Source: an uncultured Verrucomicrobiae bacterium
Lineage (GTDB): Bacteria > Verrucomicrobiota > Verrucomicrobiia > Chthoniobacterales > JAFAMB01
Assembly (NCBI GenBank): GCA_963813025.1
Contig: CAWEXO010000013.1
Span: 512,001-576,000, forward strand
DNA: 64,000 nt
Direction: 5' to 3'
Under the pieces are notes generated by a model, which worked only from the letters and a program-made list of their open reading frames with translations, had not been told where the DNA came from and made no database searches. The position numbers and the translations under genes are program-made. Shown here one piece after another: positions 29,679-40,654 of the stretch; within the stretch, counting starts at the first letter, position 1; each line of letters opens with the position of its first letter.

Positions 29679-30805
29679 GCGAGCGACGCCATGATGGGAG
29701 CTACTTCTGTTTTCTGACACATCGCCGCATATAACTCAGCGTATCGTTTGCACATTCGTTCCATGCTAAAACCCAATGCGCGACGGCGAGCTCGCTCCGC
29801 CAGTTTTCGCAGAGCGATTTTGTCCGCCGAAAGGCGGTTAATCGCCGTTGACCATTCATCTTTGTTGTTCGCTTCGACAAAAATCGCCGCGTTATTCCAA
29901 ATCTCTCTTAGCGAGGGCAGATCGCTCAGGACGAGCGCGCAACGGCAAAGAGCGGCCTCGAGGATGGCCAGGCCAAAAGGTTCGTAGAGAACCGGCGCTG
30001 CATATATCGCCGCTTGACTAAGAATTTCCAGCACCGCGGAAGGCACGAGACGACCGAGGACACGCAATGACTTCGCGGTGCGTCCGGATCGGTCGGGTCC
30101 ATCATGTGGTCCAATAACGACAATCGGCCAGTTGATCTGGGAGGAAATCTTCTCCAGAAGCCCGATTCCTTTCGCTTCGTCCCAGAACCTCCCGACCGAG
30201 ACAATCTCCGGCACCTTGGTTGTTCTGACAGCGCTGCGACAGGAACGGCCATTTGGAATCACGGATCCCTGACCGCTCCACCCATAGTGCTGCCGGAGAG
30301 AGTGAAGCATCGCGCCGGAAGGCGTCACGACCGCGGTGGCCGCAGATAATCCATTGCTCACTCTCCGACGATACTCGTTGTATTTGCCGGGCGCCGGCTC
30401 GCCTTTCACCGCTTGCCACCAGGAAAGGATACACGAATGACCGGCAGCCAGGGTAGGTCGCTGCCAATCGGCTGCCGCATAGCTGTATCCGTTGAAGTGC
30501 AGGAGTGCGGCGTCGATACTCTCAGCCAGATCTCGAAGCCATTCGATGGCGGCTTCGACATCCGTCCAGGGATCCTCCATCCATTCAAGTTTGAACGAGC
30601 CGACCGTATGCCTGATTTGCTCGGCTTCCAGCTCACCCCTTTGTGCCGGGCTTGGCTCGGGGCCAAGAATTGCCAGATGCACTTCAAAACCATGTTCTCG
30701 TAGCCCACGCGCAAGATCCAGAGCGTAGGTCCAGATCCCTCCAACGCAGTCGCAGGTCATCAAGATCCGGTTCCTTCCTGACGTATTGTTCAAGCGATCA
30801 GGCAT
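29675..30805 (-). CDS. Glycosyltransferase family 4
   Basis: D.VGGIWTY, GRFWDEAK and YEPFGLAILEA. Confidence 0.9.
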   Translation of the reverse strand: MPDRLNNTSGRNRILMTCDCVGGIWTYALDLARGLREHGFEVHLAILGPEPSPAQRGELEAEQIRHTVGSFKLEWMEDPWTDVEAAIEWLRDLAESIDAALLHFNGYSYAAADWQRPTLAAGHSCILSWWQAVKGEPAPGKYNEYRRRVSNGLSAATAVVTPSGAMLHSLRQHYGWSGQGSVIPNGRSCRSAVRTTKVPEIVSVGRFWDEAKGIGLLEKISSQINWPIVVIGPHDGPDRSGRTAKSLRVLGRLVPSAVLEILSQAAIYAAPVLYEPFGLAILEAALCRCALVLSDLPSLREIWNNAAIFVEANNKDEWSTAINRLSADKIALRKLAERARRRALGFSMERMCKRYAELYAAMCQKTEVAPIMASLA

Positions 30806-30831
30806 GCTCCTCCGCGCCGCGAATGGCGATT

Positions 30832-31950
30832 TCAGGCTGACAGTCCTCGGCTCATCAACTCATGACAAGCTTGCTGGACAAGGTCTTCCGCAGATTGTGC
30901 TTCGAGCCAGCTCACCATTTCTTTCAACCCTGCCTCCAAAGAAAAACGGGGTTTGAACCCTAGAATCCGGCGGCTTCGAGCAATGTCGGCGTAACAGTGG
31001 CGGATATCCCCCACTCGGTAACGACCAGTTATTTCCGGTTCGAGATTCTCACGACCAAGGAAGCGTGACATCTCGCGGGCCAGTTGTCCGATCGTATGAT
31101 GTTTGCCGCTGCCAATGTTAAACACACTTCCGCTGGAATCCGTACTTTCCAGGGCCAATCGGCATGCCAGCGCGACGTCTTTGACATAGACAAAATCGCG
31201 TCTCTGCCGACCGTCTTCGTTCACAAGGGGGGACCGATTATTCAGGATTCGAGAGGAAAAGATGGCCAATACGCCGGTATATGGATTGGACAACGCTTGC
31301 CGGGTTCCGTATACATTGAAGAAGCGTAATCCGATGGTCGGAACTCCATAGACCGGACCCGTCGACAAACAAAGGCGCTCCTGATAGTACTTGGAAAGAG
31401 CGTACACAGAAGGAACAGACGGGCTCTTTGTCTCCGGTGTAGGCATCGGCTCCAATTGCTCCCCGTTGGGGCCGCGCAGATCCCATTCGCGCCGTTTCAG
31501 TTGATCGAGCTTTCGTTCGGCTAAACCGTAGATTTCTCCGGTGCTGCTGCGGTAAAGACCTTCGCCGTACACACTCATGCTCGAAGCGACGATCAATTTG
31601 GCGACGGGTCGCCTGGCCAGCAATTCGAGCAGCCTTGCCGTGCCTAAACAATTAGCGTCTGAGTAACTCGCAATCTGGTACATGCTTTGCCCGACACCGA
31701 CCGACGCCGCCAGATGAAAGACAGCGTCTACCCCTTCCAAAGCGCGAGCTAGCAGTCTTTCGTCCCGGATATCGCCTACCATCAGTTCGACATCATCGTT
31801 CAAATAAGCCGGCCGTCCTCGCCCGCTGCCGTGCACTTGTGGCAGCAGCGAATCGATCGCCCGCACCCGGTATCCCTGGACTAACAATTCGTCCGCTAGA
31901 TGAGAACCGATGAATCCCGCACCGCCAGTGATCAAAATCGTACTGAACAT
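30832..31950 (-). CDS. NAD-dependent nucleotide-sugar epimerase/dehydratase
   Basis: TGGAGFIGSH, SSMSVYG, YALSK, RFFNVYG and RDFV. Confidence 0.93.
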   Translation of the reverse strand: MFSTILITGGAGFIGSHLADELLVQGYRVRAIDSLLPQVHGSGRGRPAYLNDDVELMVGDIRDERLLARALEGVDAVFHLAASVGVGQSMYQIASYSDANCLGTARLLELLARRPVAKLIVASSMSVYGEGLYRSSTGEIYGLAERKLDQLKRREWDLRGPNGEQLEPMPTPETKSPSVPSVYALSKYYQERLCLSTGPVYGVPTIGLRFFNVYGTRQALSNPYTGVLAIFSSRILNNRSPLVNEDGRQRRDFVYVKDVALACRLALESTDSSGSVFNIGSGKHHTIGQLAREMSRFLGRENLEPEITGRYRVGDIRHCYADIARSRRILGFKPRFSLEAGLKEMVSWLEAQSAEDLVQQACHELMSRGLSA

Positions 31951-32230
31951 GACAAAAAATGTGAAAAAGAGGTTGCCCCTTTTGACCGGAACGCAGAGGT
32001 TTCGTTGATCTTTGTACAAACGTTTGTCAGGGAAACACCTGAGTAGTCCGTCAGGAGGAAAGGCGTCGGCAGCATTGTCCGGCTGCTCCGCGCTGAGGCC
32101 GCCCTCCACGCGCGATGAGATTTGTCGCGGTCAAGGACCTACTTGAGACGCCCATCACGATCCCGAGCGGCGAATAAAGATTAACAACCGGAAAAGAGTC
32201 CGGCTAGAACCTCAACGGCTATATTAACCC

Positions 32231-32401
32231 ATGTTACGTTACGCGGTTATTTTTCTCGTAATTGCAATCATTGCAGCATTCTTCGGTTTCAGCGGAGTCG
32301 CCGGAACCGCGGCTTGGATCGCTCAGGTGTTATTCGTTGTATTTCTGATTCTTTTTATCGCCTCTTTCTTTTTTCGAGGAGCGCCACCACCCGCGGGATG
32401 A
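32231..32401 (+). CDS. DUF1328 family small membrane protein (not in ORF track)
   Basis: Own translation, 56 aa: [56 protein letters not shown]. Confidence 0.92.
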   Translation: MLRYAVIFLVIAIIAAFFGFSGVAGTAAWIAQVLFVVFLILFIASFFFRGAPPPAG

Positions 32402-32472
32402 AAACCGGCCGGGCCGAGGATCTTATTTCGAAATGCTGACCTGAACCGGGTCCGCAACGTTCCTATCTTCAC

Positions 32473-33462
32473 ATGCTAGCTGCTTGCTTGGTGGAACCGC
32501 GCCGTTTTGAGTGGCGCGAGGCTCCAAACCCGGTTCCTGGACCGAATGAGGTGGTGGTCAAGATTGAGGGTTGCGGCATCTGTTCATCCAATCTGGGTCC
32601 ATGGAAGGGCGCACCATGGTTTACCTATCCGTTTCCTTTGGGCGCTCCCGGACACGAGGCTTTCGGTGTGGTAACGGCCACCGGTTCGGCCGTTCAGAAA
32701 GTCGTATCCGGTGACCGCGTGGCCAGTTTGTCCCAGAACGCCTTTTCCCAATATTGCCTGTGCAGCGCGGATGATGCGCTTGTCCTCCCCCCAGATCTCA
32801 AACGAAAGACGTTTCTTGGCGAACCGCTGGCTTGCGCGGTCAACATCTTTAACCGATCCGGCATCGGTGATGGACATACAGTAGCGATTGTTGGAATCGG
32901 CTTTCTCGGTGCGCTTCTTGTGCAATTGGCCGTCCGCACCGGCGCTAAAGTGATCGCGGCGGCCCGGCGTGAAGAAGCCTTGGATCTTGCCGCCCGGCTG
33001 GGCGCCCAAGAACGTGCCGATTTTTCTGATCTCTGGTCTGGTGTTGCCGCCGTCCGGAAGCTCACTGACGATCGGGGCTGCGAGGTCGTGATCGAGGCGA
33101 CCGGAGCGCAAGCCGGACTGGACTTCGCCTCTGAGATCGCGGGCGAACGAGGCAGATTAATCATCGCCGGCTATCATCAAGACGGACCTCGGACGATCAA
33201 TCTCCAGTCTTGGAACTGGCGGGGCCTCGATGTGATCAACGCGCACGAAAGAGATCCCGCCGTCTACCGTTCAGGTATGCGCGAAGCCCTCAAGCGCGTT
33301 CTCGATGGATCCTTAGGTGGGGAAGATCTAATTACTCATCGTTTTCCAGGAGAGCACATCAATGCTGCTTTTTCCGAGGCCGAGATGCGGAAACCCGGAT
33401 TCCTGAAAGCAGTCCTTTTAGTCAGTTCCGACCTGCTGACAGTAGACAGCGAGGCCGCTTGA
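32473..33462 (+). CDS. Zinc-binding (MDR) sugar/polyol dehydrogenase
   Basis: CGICSS, GHE, EPLAC and GIGFLG; lacks the structural-Zn Cys lobe. Confidence 0.9.
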   Translation: MLAACLVEPRRFEWREAPNPVPGPNEVVVKIEGCGICSSNLGPWKGAPWFTYPFPLGAPGHEAFGVVTATGSAVQKVVSGDRVASLSQNAFSQYCLCSADDALVLPPDLKRKTFLGEPLACAVNIFNRSGIGDGHTVAIVGIGFLGALLVQLAVRTGAKVIAAARREEALDLAARLGAQERADFSDLWSGVAAVRKLTDDRGCEVVIEATGAQAGLDFASEIAGERGRLIIAGYHQDGPRTINLQSWNWRGLDVINAHERDPAVYRSGMREALKRVLDGSLGGEDLITHRFPGEHINAAFSEAEMRKPGFLKAVLLVSSDLLTVDSEAA

Positions 33463-33533
33463 CTCGGAAGCCACGCCACCCCTTGCTGCCTAACGCAAAA
33501 TAATTCGTTCGTTCGAGGCGCGGCCCCGCTCGC

Positions 33534-34607
33534 GTGAACATCGCATTTTTCATTCACTCGCTCATCTCTGACTGGAATCACGGGAACGCGCATTTTCTTC
33601 GGGGAATTTGTTCGGAGTTGATTGCCCGAGGGCATTTTCTGAAGATTTATGAACCCGCCGACGCCTGGAGCGTTGTTCAACTGATTGAATCGGAAGGTCG
33701 CTCGCGCTTAAGCGATTTTCAGCGTGCCTATCCGCATCTCCACAGTATCCGGTACGGCACAATTACGCCGGAGGATGCGTTGCGAGACATTGATGTGGCG
33801 ATCGTTCACGAATGGAATGAAGCGGGACTCATTAATTCTCTCGGTCGCTATCGTCGGGAGCACAGCAGCCCAATCTTGTTTTTCCACGACACGCATCATC
33901 GCGCAGTGTCGGACCCCGATTTTTTTGAAAGGCTGGACCTGTCCGGATTCGATGGCGTGCTCGCCTATGGCGAAGCTCTGGCCAACGTATACCGGGACCG
34001 AGGCGAGCGCGTTTGGGTCTGGCACGAAGCCGCGGATGTGCGCATTTTTTATCCTCGCCCATTTAGCGGGACTAAGCGCGACCTGATCTGGATTGGTAAT
34101 TGGGGCGATGAGGAAAGAACGGAAGAAATCACCGAGTTTTTCTTGAAACCAGTGCAAGAACTTGGTCTCGATGCCGTAGTTTTTGGCGTCCGCTATCCAG
34201 TGGAAGCCCAGGCACGTCTGGCAAAAGCCGGGATTCATTATGGCGGCTGGCTACCCAACTACGAGGTGCCTCTCCAGTTTTCCCGGTTCAAATGTACGGT
34301 CCATATTCCACGTCGACCCTACGTCAGCCGACTTTCGGGCATTCCCACGATTCGCCCGTTTGAGGCTCTCGCTTGCGGGATACCTCTCATCTCTGCTCCC
34401 TGGGACGACACCGAAGGGCTGTTCGAGCCGGGACGTGATTTTCTGATAGCCGAGACCGGTGCGGCGATGGTGAAGCATCTGTCCGACGTGCTGGAAAAAA
34501 CCGAATTGACGGCATCCCTTGCCCAGAACGGCCTACGGACCGTCCGGGCGAAGCACACCTGCGGACATCGAGTAGACGAGCTCCTGAAAATCCTGGGCGA
34601 CGTGTAG
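33534..34607 (+). CDS. CgeB-like glycosyltransferase
   Basis: [27 protein letters not shown] and [12 protein letters not shown]. Confidence 0.88.
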   Translation: MNIAFFIHSLISDWNHGNAHFLRGICSELIARGHFLKIYEPADAWSVVQLIESEGRSRLSDFQRAYPHLHSIRYGTITPEDALRDIDVAIVHEWNEAGLINSLGRYRREHSSPILFFHDTHHRAVSDPDFFERLDLSGFDGVLAYGEALANVYRDRGERVWVWHEAADVRIFYPRPFSGTKRDLIWIGNWGDEERTEEITEFFLKPVQELGLDAVVFGVRYPVEAQARLAKAGIHYGGWLPNYEVPLQFSRFKCTVHIPRRPYVSRLSGIPTIRPFEALACGIPLISAPWDDTEGLFEPGRDFLIAETGAAMVKHLSDVLEKTELTASLAQNGLRTVRAKHTCGHRVDELLKILGDV

Positions 34608-34999
34608 AGCGGTTGATTTGCTGGCGTACTGAAGGCGATTCCGCGATGCTTCAGCAGAACTGCTTGCTTGGCGGCTGCCAACGTCCCCGAATGCCAAAGA
34701 GCGTTGCCGAGGTTTGTTCCCAGGTTGATTCCGGAAAGAACAAGATCAGCTCCTTTCCAAATTTCAATACCGAGCGCAACGCAATCGGCAGGTGTCCCAT
34801 TCACCCGATATGCTTCAAACCCGAGGAGCGGAGTAGCTTTGAACCGAAGCGGCCGGCTCGATGTAATTGCGTGGCCCATCGAGGATTGCTCGATATCCGG
34901 AGCGACGATACGCACGTCGCCAAATCCAGTGGCTACTTCGGCGAGAGCTTTAATTCCCGGGCTGTAAATGCCGTCATCGTTTGTAATGAGAATGCGCAT
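34608..34999 (-). pseudogene. surE: 3'-truncated SurE nucleotidase
   Basis: TNDDG, VAP, GTPADC, SGIN.G.N and SGT.AAA. Similarity ends at about aa 125, after which the frame runs antisense through the neighbouring gene to 34319. Confidence 0.8.
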
Positions 35000-35107
35000 A
35001 CAAGCTTGTCTTTTAGTTTCGCGCAATCCTCTATGAATCTCGCAAGGATGCGACCGAAATGATCCGTTTCGCGAACGATTGGGTTGCTCAGCAGGAGCTC
35101 AACTGAG

Positions 35108-36211
35108 CTAGCGTTTTTCAGTTTGCCTTGTACTCTTCCGTCGAACTCGTCGCAGATATCGCAGCAATTCGCGTTCCGGACCGGATAAGCCGGAGCGGGA
35201 TAACAATTGGTGAGCCGGAGCCTTTGGAGTGGGGAGTTGTCCAGTCCGAAACCCTTCGATAATCGCTGGATGAATATAGCTCTTTCGGCAAACCGCTTCC
35301 GTGTTGCCGAGAACATTTGCTACCTGCTTCACCGCCAGGCCGATCTCGTGTCGAGCTTCCTTTTTACTGGTTGGACGTTCCAGCCGAGACAAAATTGACA
35401 GCGCAAAAGCGGAAGCTGCCCATGTCCGGAAATCTTTCGTCGAGAATTCCTGTCCAAGGTTCCTCTGAATATATTCATTGACGTCTTCGGAGCGTACGTC
35501 CCGCAGCTCGCCAGCCTCATCATAGTACTGAAACAGCCGCTGCCCCGGCAACTCCTGGCAGCGCTTCACTGTCCGCGCGACCCTCGGATCGGCGACCCGG
35601 ACTGCATGGTAGACGCCACTCTTTCCGCGGAATTGAAGTTGCAGTTCATCGCCGCGCACCCGCGCGTGGCGATTCTTTAACGTGCTCAATCCGTATGACT
35701 TATTTTCTCTTGCGTACTCGTCGTTGCCAACTCGGATCAGGGACTCCTCAAGCAGACGGACGATTGTCGAGATCACTCGCTCCTTTCGGAGGTGATGCTC
35801 ACGCATATCCTGGTTTACGCGTCGCCGAAGGCGGGGCAACTCCAGTCCAAATTGCAACAGATGGTCAAATTTCGCTGCGTCCCTTTGGGTACGCCAGGCA
35901 TCATGATAACGATATTGCTTTCGGCCTCTGGCATCCCAGCCAGTCGCCTGCAGATGACCATTCGCTGTTGGACAAATCCAAACCTTGGTCCAGGCAGGAG
36001 GGATGGCTAAAGCCTTAATCCGGGCGAGAATCTCATCGTTCTTTACGATCGTGCCATTAGTGCCGAAGTAGGCGAAATTCCTGCCAAATTTTTTGCGCGT
36101 AAAACCGGGGTGTTCATCTTGCTGCTCAACGTACACCAGCTCTGCCTGAGGAACCGGTAAAGATTGAGCGATGGCCTGGGAAAGCTGTCTGACTTTTCGG
36201 TCGACTCCCAT
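35108..36211 (-). CDS. DNA topoisomerase IB (bacterial/poxvirus type)
   Basis: IPPAW..VWI, GRKQYRYH, IRVGN, FRGKSG, KDFRTW, LGNT and SYIHP. Confidence 0.95.
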   Translation of the reverse strand: MGVDRKVRQLSQAIAQSLPVPQAELVYVEQQDEHPGFTRKKFGRNFAYFGTNGTIVKNDEILARIKALAIPPAWTKVWICPTANGHLQATGWDARGRKQYRYHDAWRTQRDAAKFDHLLQFGLELPRLRRRVNQDMREHHLRKERVISTIVRLLEESLIRVGNDEYARENKSYGLSTLKNRHARVRGDELQLQFRGKSGVYHAVRVADPRVARTVKRCQELPGQRLFQYYDEAGELRDVRSEDVNEYIQRNLGQEFSTKDFRTWAASAFALSILSRLERPTSKKEARHEIGLAVKQVANVLGNTEAVCRKSYIHPAIIEGFRTGQLPTPKAPAHQLLSRSGLSGPERELLRYLRRVRRKSTRQTEKR

Positions 36212-36786
36212 TAACGCGTTGCCGCTACTTGCCGTGCCGTGTGGTGTCCTTCAGCAAATTCCTCGACGATTTTCTTGTTGAAGGCCGGAATATCGTCCGG
36301 CTTGCGGCTGGTGACGATCCCGTTATCCGTGACAACTTGCTGGTCAACCCAATTTGCTCCGGCGTTGCGCAAATCGGTTTTCAGCGATGGCCAGGACGTC
36401 ACCGTTTTCCCTTTCACTGCTCCTGCTTCGATCAGAGTCCACGGTCCGTGACAGATCGCTCCGATAGGCTTTCCGCTGGTCACAAAAGAGCGAACGAAAT
36501 CGATCGCTTGCGGGATTATCCGCAGCTTATCCGGATTGATTTGTCCTCCGGGTAAAACGAGCGCGTCATAATCGTCCGCTTTCGCCTCATCCAGCGGAAC
36601 ATCGACTGGGAACTTGTCTCCCCAATCGGAGGTCTTCCATCCTTTGACCTGACCTTTCGCCGGAGAAACGATCTCGGTTTTCGCGCCCGCCTCGTCCAGG
36701 GCTTTTTTGGGACCTTCCAACTCGACCTGCTCAAACCCATCGGCGACCAGGATGGCGACTTTTTTTCCTTTCAGTTCTCCTGCCAT
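36211..36786 (-). CDS. PfpI/DJ-1 family protein
   Basis: DGFEQVE, LPGG, AICHGPW and TSRKPDD; TAATG overlap with the Topo IB start. Confidence 0.94.
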   Translation of the reverse strand: MAGELKGKKVAILVADGFEQVELEGPKKALDEAGAKTEIVSPAKGQVKGWKTSDWGDKFPVDVPLDEAKADDYDALVLPGGQINPDKLRIIPQAIDFVRSFVTSGKPIGAICHGPWTLIEAGAVKGKTVTSWPSLKTDLRNAGANWVDQQVVTDNGIVTSRKPDDIPAFNKKIVEEFAEGHHTARQVAATR

Positions 36787-36830
36787 ATTCTCACTGCTTT
36801 TCTTGTTGATTGTTTCTTAGCTACTGGTTC

Positions 36831-36855
36831 AACGATTGACGGAATGGCCCGTTCC
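36831..36855 (-). promoter_or_regulatory. Putative ECF-sigma promoter GGAAC-N16-CGTT upstream of pfpI-topIB
   Basis: Minus strand GGAAC gggccattccgtcaat CGTT, ~45 bp before the ATG; matches the EcfG-type consensus. Confidence 0.5.
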
Positions 36856-36880
36856 GCGATCGGTCGACGAACCACCGAAA

Positions 36881-36899
36881 CGCCGCCTACAAGGCGGCG
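36881..36899 (-). terminator. GC-rich hairpin downstream of the act-cox operon
   Basis: CGCCGCCT-3 nt loop-AGGCGGCG followed on the minus strand by only TTT. Confidence 0.35.
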
Positions 36900-36990
36900 G
36901 CTGGGCATCCGTGTGATGCGCCGGGTTCGAGTCTCATATTCCGGCCGGATGTATTCCGCGGCAGTTCGCTCAAACGGAGAAGAAGGTCAA

Positions 36991-37020
36991 CACTGACACT
37001 GGCACTGAGACTGGCACTCG
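36991..37020. repeat. Short hexamer tandem repeat
   Basis: cactga cactgg cactga gactgg cactcg. Confidence 0.5.
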
Positions 37021-37029
37021 CCCCGTCCC

Positions 37030-37293
37030 TCAGCCGATCTGACGGAAGAGATAGTCGCTCATCGTGAGAAAGAAGAGAATAAACAACCAGATCAATCCGG
37101 CGCCGGCAAAAATCAGGATCAAGTGCGTCGCGCTCCGCAGAGCCATGAAAAAAACAGCGATGAGCCCAGCCTGCAGCACCGCAATGATTATTGCGACGGG
37201 AATCGCAAACGGACCAAGGTGCAAGAGAGAGAGACCGACGTTAGCGGCCAACAGAACCAGGAATCCGAGCAAAGCCAATAAATGCTGCTTCAT
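37030..37293 (-). CDS. Cytochrome c oxidase subunit IV (caa3 type)
   Basis: Three TM helices, FFM.L and T.SDY..R; last gene of the cox operon. Confidence 0.85.
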   Translation of the reverse strand: MKQHLLALLGFLVLLAANVGLSLLHLGPFAIPVAIIIAVLQAGLIAVFFMALRSATHLILIFAGAGLIWLFILFFLTMSDYLFRQIG

Positions 37294-37368
37294 GGAATAA
37301 TTCGCCAATCGCATTGAACGCAACGTTCAAAGGCAAGAATGAAAAGCACGAAGAGAAAGTTCCTGGGA

Positions 37369-38013
37369 TCAGGCATGGCGCAGGAGATAAAGCAAAGTAA
37401 ATAGAAAAACCCAGATGACGTCGACGAAGTGCCAGTACAATGCGGCGATTTCCAGGGGCATCGGATTGGCTGGCGCGTTCCGGCGCACAACAATCCAGAG
37501 GGACAGGACCGCGATTACACCTAATCCGATCAGCAGATGGACGGCGTGCAGACCGGTCATCACAAAATAGAAAAAGAAAAACAATTGACCCGGCCCCGGA
37601 TCGCCGCCGGCAAAGAGGAAGTTCAAGCCGGGAACGAGGTGCTCCTGCCATTCCGACCGATATTCAAAACCTTTGATTCCGAGGAACACTATTCCGAGGA
37701 ACCAGGTAACCGCTAAGAACCAGAGCGTGGCTAATCGGGCGCTCCGCCGGAAAGATTGCAAAGCCAGCAGAAATACAAAACTGCTGAAGACCAGGATGAT
37801 TGAGTTGAACGTGCCGGCTGCCAGGTTAAGGCGGGCACTGCCGGCCGCGAAAGCGTGGGGATACCATAGGCGGCCGACAGTGTAGGCGAGGATGAGACCG
37901 CCGAAAAACATAACTTCCGTCCCGATAAAAACCCACATACCGGCGCGGGCGGTCTCCGACTTCTGCTCAACATCTTCAAAATGCTCGGGCAGCGCTAGTG
38001 CAGGGGTGTTCAT
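37369..38013 (-). CDS. coxC: Cytochrome c oxidase subunit III
   Basis: [22 protein letters not shown] and YWHFVDVIW. Confidence 0.93.
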   Translation of the reverse strand: MNTPALALPEHFEDVEQKSETARAGMWVFIGTEVMFFGGLILAYTVGRLWYPHAFAAGSARLNLAAGTFNSIILVFSSFVFLLALQSFRRSARLATLWFLAVTWFLGIVFLGIKGFEYRSEWQEHLVPGLNFLFAGGDPGPGQLFFFFYFVMTGLHAVHLLIGLGVIAVLSLWIVVRRNAPANPMPLEIAALYWHFVDVIWVFLFTLLYLLRHA

Positions 38014-39671
38014 TCTTTACCGGCTATCCGTTGTTCCAAGGTGTTCGTTGAGCTAGCGTGAGGATAGTTGTAAACGTCTTCTGTCTGGATCGGAATAGTT
38101 TCGAAATTATGTTTCGGCGGAGGGGAACTCACCTCCCATTCCAGTCCTTTGGCGTTCCAAGGATTGTTCCCGATTTTCTGTCCATACTTCAGGGACCAAA
38201 GAAAATAGAAAAAAGGTAAAAGATAGCCGATACCCAGGATGCTGGCTCCGGCGCTGGAGAGCACGTTATAGAATTGGAATTCCGGGGGATAAGTGTGGTA
38301 GCGGCGCGGCATCCCAAGATATCCAAGAATGAACTGAGGGAAAAACGTCAGGTTGAAGCCGATGAACGTAGTAAACGCTGCGAGTTTCCCAACAAGTTCC
38401 GGGTACATTCTCCCGGTGATCTTCGGCCACCAGAAGTGCAATCCTCCCATGAACGCCATCACCATGCCACCGACCATGATGTAGTGGAAATGGGCCACGA
38501 TGAAGTAGGTGGCCGTAACGTGGACATCGACGGCGAGCGACGCCTGGAACAACCCGGTCATCCCACCGATCCCGAACAAAGCCACAAAACCTAACGCATA
38601 GAGCATCGGCGTGTCCAGGCTGATCGATCCCTTGTGCAATGTCGCAGTCCAGTTGAAAACCTTGATGGCTGAAGGCACTGCCACCATGAAACTGAGAAAA
38701 GAGAACGCCATGCTTGCATAAACGGATTGGCTGCTGACGAACATATGGTGTCCCCAGACGAGGAAACCGAGCACCGCGATCGACACGCTCGAGAACGCGA
38801 CAAAGGTGTAACCAAAGACTCGCTTGCGCGCAAAGGCCGCGACCAGTTCACTGACCACACCCATCCCCGGAAGAATCATGATATAAACCGCCGGGTGCGA
38901 ATAGAACCAGAACAAATGCTGAAACAGCACCGGGTCGCCCCCGAGAACCGGATTAAATATGCCGATTTTCCAGATTCGTTCGATCGTCATCAGTGTGAGC
39001 GTGATGGCGAGTACCGGAGTAGCCAGCACCAGGATGATGCTGGTGGAATAGAGCGACCAGACAAATAACCGCAGCCGGAACCAGGTCACGCCCGGCGCGC
39101 GGAGCTTATGAGTCGTAACGATGAAATTCAGGCCGGTCAGTATGGAGGAAAATCCGGAAATAAAAATTCCTGCTGCCATCAAGGCGACATTGGAATTGGA
39201 ATAGGTCGTACTCAGGGGGGTGTAGAAGGTCCACCCAGTATCCACGCCGCCGGCTAAAAGGGCGTAAAGAGCCAAGATTCCGCCGAACATGAAGATGTAC
39301 CAGCTTAACAGGTTCAGTTTGGGGAAAGCGAGGTCGCGTGCACCGATGACCAGCGGTAGTAGAAAATTACCCAGAACATTCGGGATCGAGGGGATGAGGA
39401 AAAACCAGACCATGATCACCCCGTGCATGGTGAATAGCCGATTGTATAGCTCGGCGCTGACCAGCTCACCCCTGGGTGAAATCAGGCTGAGCCGCATCAG
39501 CGCAGCTGCCGATGCGCCCACGAAGAAGAAGCCGATCAGCGACCAAAGATAAAGAAGGGCGATTCGCTTATGGTCGGTCGTGAGAAACCACGACCGCAGA
39601 GTGTGCTCGGCCAGGTAGGAGTCGCTTGACCCACGATTGCTCACTTCGATTCGTTGGACGACAGCAGCCAT
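38010..39671 (-). CDS. coxA: Cytochrome c oxidase subunit I (A2 type)
   Basis: [29 protein letters not shown] and GMPRRY. Confidence 0.97.
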   Translation of the reverse strand: MAAVVQRIEVSNRGSSDSYLAEHTLRSWFLTTDHKRIALLYLWSLIGFFFVGASAAALMRLSLISPRGELVSAELYNRLFTMHGVIMVWFFLIPSIPNVLGNFLLPLVIGARDLAFPKLNLLSWYIFMFGGILALYALLAGGVDTGWTFYTPLSTTYSNSNVALMAAGIFISGFSSILTGLNFIVTTHKLRAPGVTWFRLRLFVWSLYSTSIILVLATPVLAITLTLMTIERIWKIGIFNPVLGGDPVLFQHLFWFYSHPAVYIMILPGMGVVSELVAAFARKRVFGYTFVAFSSVSIAVLGFLVWGHHMFVSSQSVYASMAFSFLSFMVAVPSAIKVFNWTATLHKGSISLDTPMLYALGFVALFGIGGMTGLFQASLAVDVHVTATYFIVAHFHYIMVGGMVMAFMGGLHFWWPKITGRMYPELVGKLAAFTTFIGFNLTFFPQFILGYLGMPRRYHTYPPEFQFYNVLSSAGASILGIGYLLPFFYFLWSLKYGQKIGNNPWNAKGLEWEVSSPPPKHNFETIPIQTEDVYNYPHASSTNTLEQRIAGKE

Positions 39672-39697
39672 GGTATGTGTTGTTCGATCGTTGCTGA

Positions 39698-40654
39698 TTA
39701 TTTCGCTGATGCCGGCGAATTCTGATCGCTCAAACTCCGGATATAACTGATTAACTGAAACAGCTCATCCTCGGTCAGGCGATCCTTGAAACTGGGCATG
39801 ACCGGGTCGTAACCGGCCACGACCTGGGATTGGGGGAGCAGAATACAGTCTCGCAGGTAGCGCTCGTCGGCCACTAATACTCGACCATCCTGCATCGCCG
39901 CCGGCTTACCGTAAATCCCTTCCAAAGGAGGTGCTCGCACTGTGCCGCCCGGTTCGTGGCAGCCGCTGCAGCCAAACGAACGAAAGAGGGAGGCGCCTGC
40001 CTGTGCCATTGGGACTTCGTTCGAGCCACTCCGAAGCCAATGGGCGTACTCCGCTGGTTCCATTACCGTGACCCATCCGCGCATCGTGGAGTGATATGTG
40101 CCGCAATATTGGGAGCAGTAAAGATGGAAGGTGCCAACCCTTTCGGCCTGGAACCATTCGGTGGTGTAGCGTCCCGGCACAGCATCCTGCTTAATCCGGA
40201 AAGCAGGTAGAAAGAAACCGTGGATAACGTCCTGGGAAGCAAGAATTAGTTTGATGGGCCGGCCGACGGGCACGTGCAGCTCGTTGATCTCTCGTTTACC
40301 TTCTGAGTGCTGGACTTTCCACATCCATTGTTTCCCGACGATATGAACTTCGAGAGCGTTTTTCGGCGCACGCCGCATTTCGAAGAAGAGGATTGCCGCC
40401 CAGATAAACAGACCGAGAAAACAGAGAAAAGGAACAACCGTCCAGGTGATCTCAAGCCGCAGAGTACTGAATTTCCCCGGTGTCCGATCCGCCGGCGAAC
40501 CCTGCCGGTATTTGATCAAGAAATAGAGACCCGCGCTGGCGATCAGGACAAGCGTGACGAACGCAATCATGAGCAGACAGGTGAAGAGCAGGTCGACCTG
40601 AGCGGCTTGCGTCGAGTCCTGGGCGGGCAAGAATGGAACATCGCCGATCATCAT
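39698..40654 (-). CDS. coxB: Cytochrome c oxidase subunit II with C-terminal cytochrome c domain
   Basis: DVIH..CSQYCG..H..M CuA site plus CSGCH. Confidence 0.95.
   Translation of the reverse strand: MMIGDVPFLPAQDSTQAAQVDLLFTCLLMIAFVTLVLIASAGLYFLIKYRQGSPADRTPGKFSTLRLEITWTVVPFLCFLGLFIWAAILFFEMRRAPKNALEVHIVGKQWMWKVQHSEGKREINELHVPVGRPIKLILASQDVIHGFFLPAFRIKQDAVPGRYTTEWFQAERVGTFHLYCSQYCGTYHSTMRGWVTVMEPAEYAHWLRSGSNEVPMAQAGASLFRSFGCSGCHEPGGTVRAPPLEGIYGKPAAMQDGRVLVADERYLRDCILLPQSQVVAGYDPVMPSFKDRLTEDELFQLISYIRSLSDQNSPASAK

Noticed and set aside
36915..36950. tRNA-like GGTTCGAGTC
   Set aside because: The T-stem does not pair fully and no acceptor or anticodon arms can be built.
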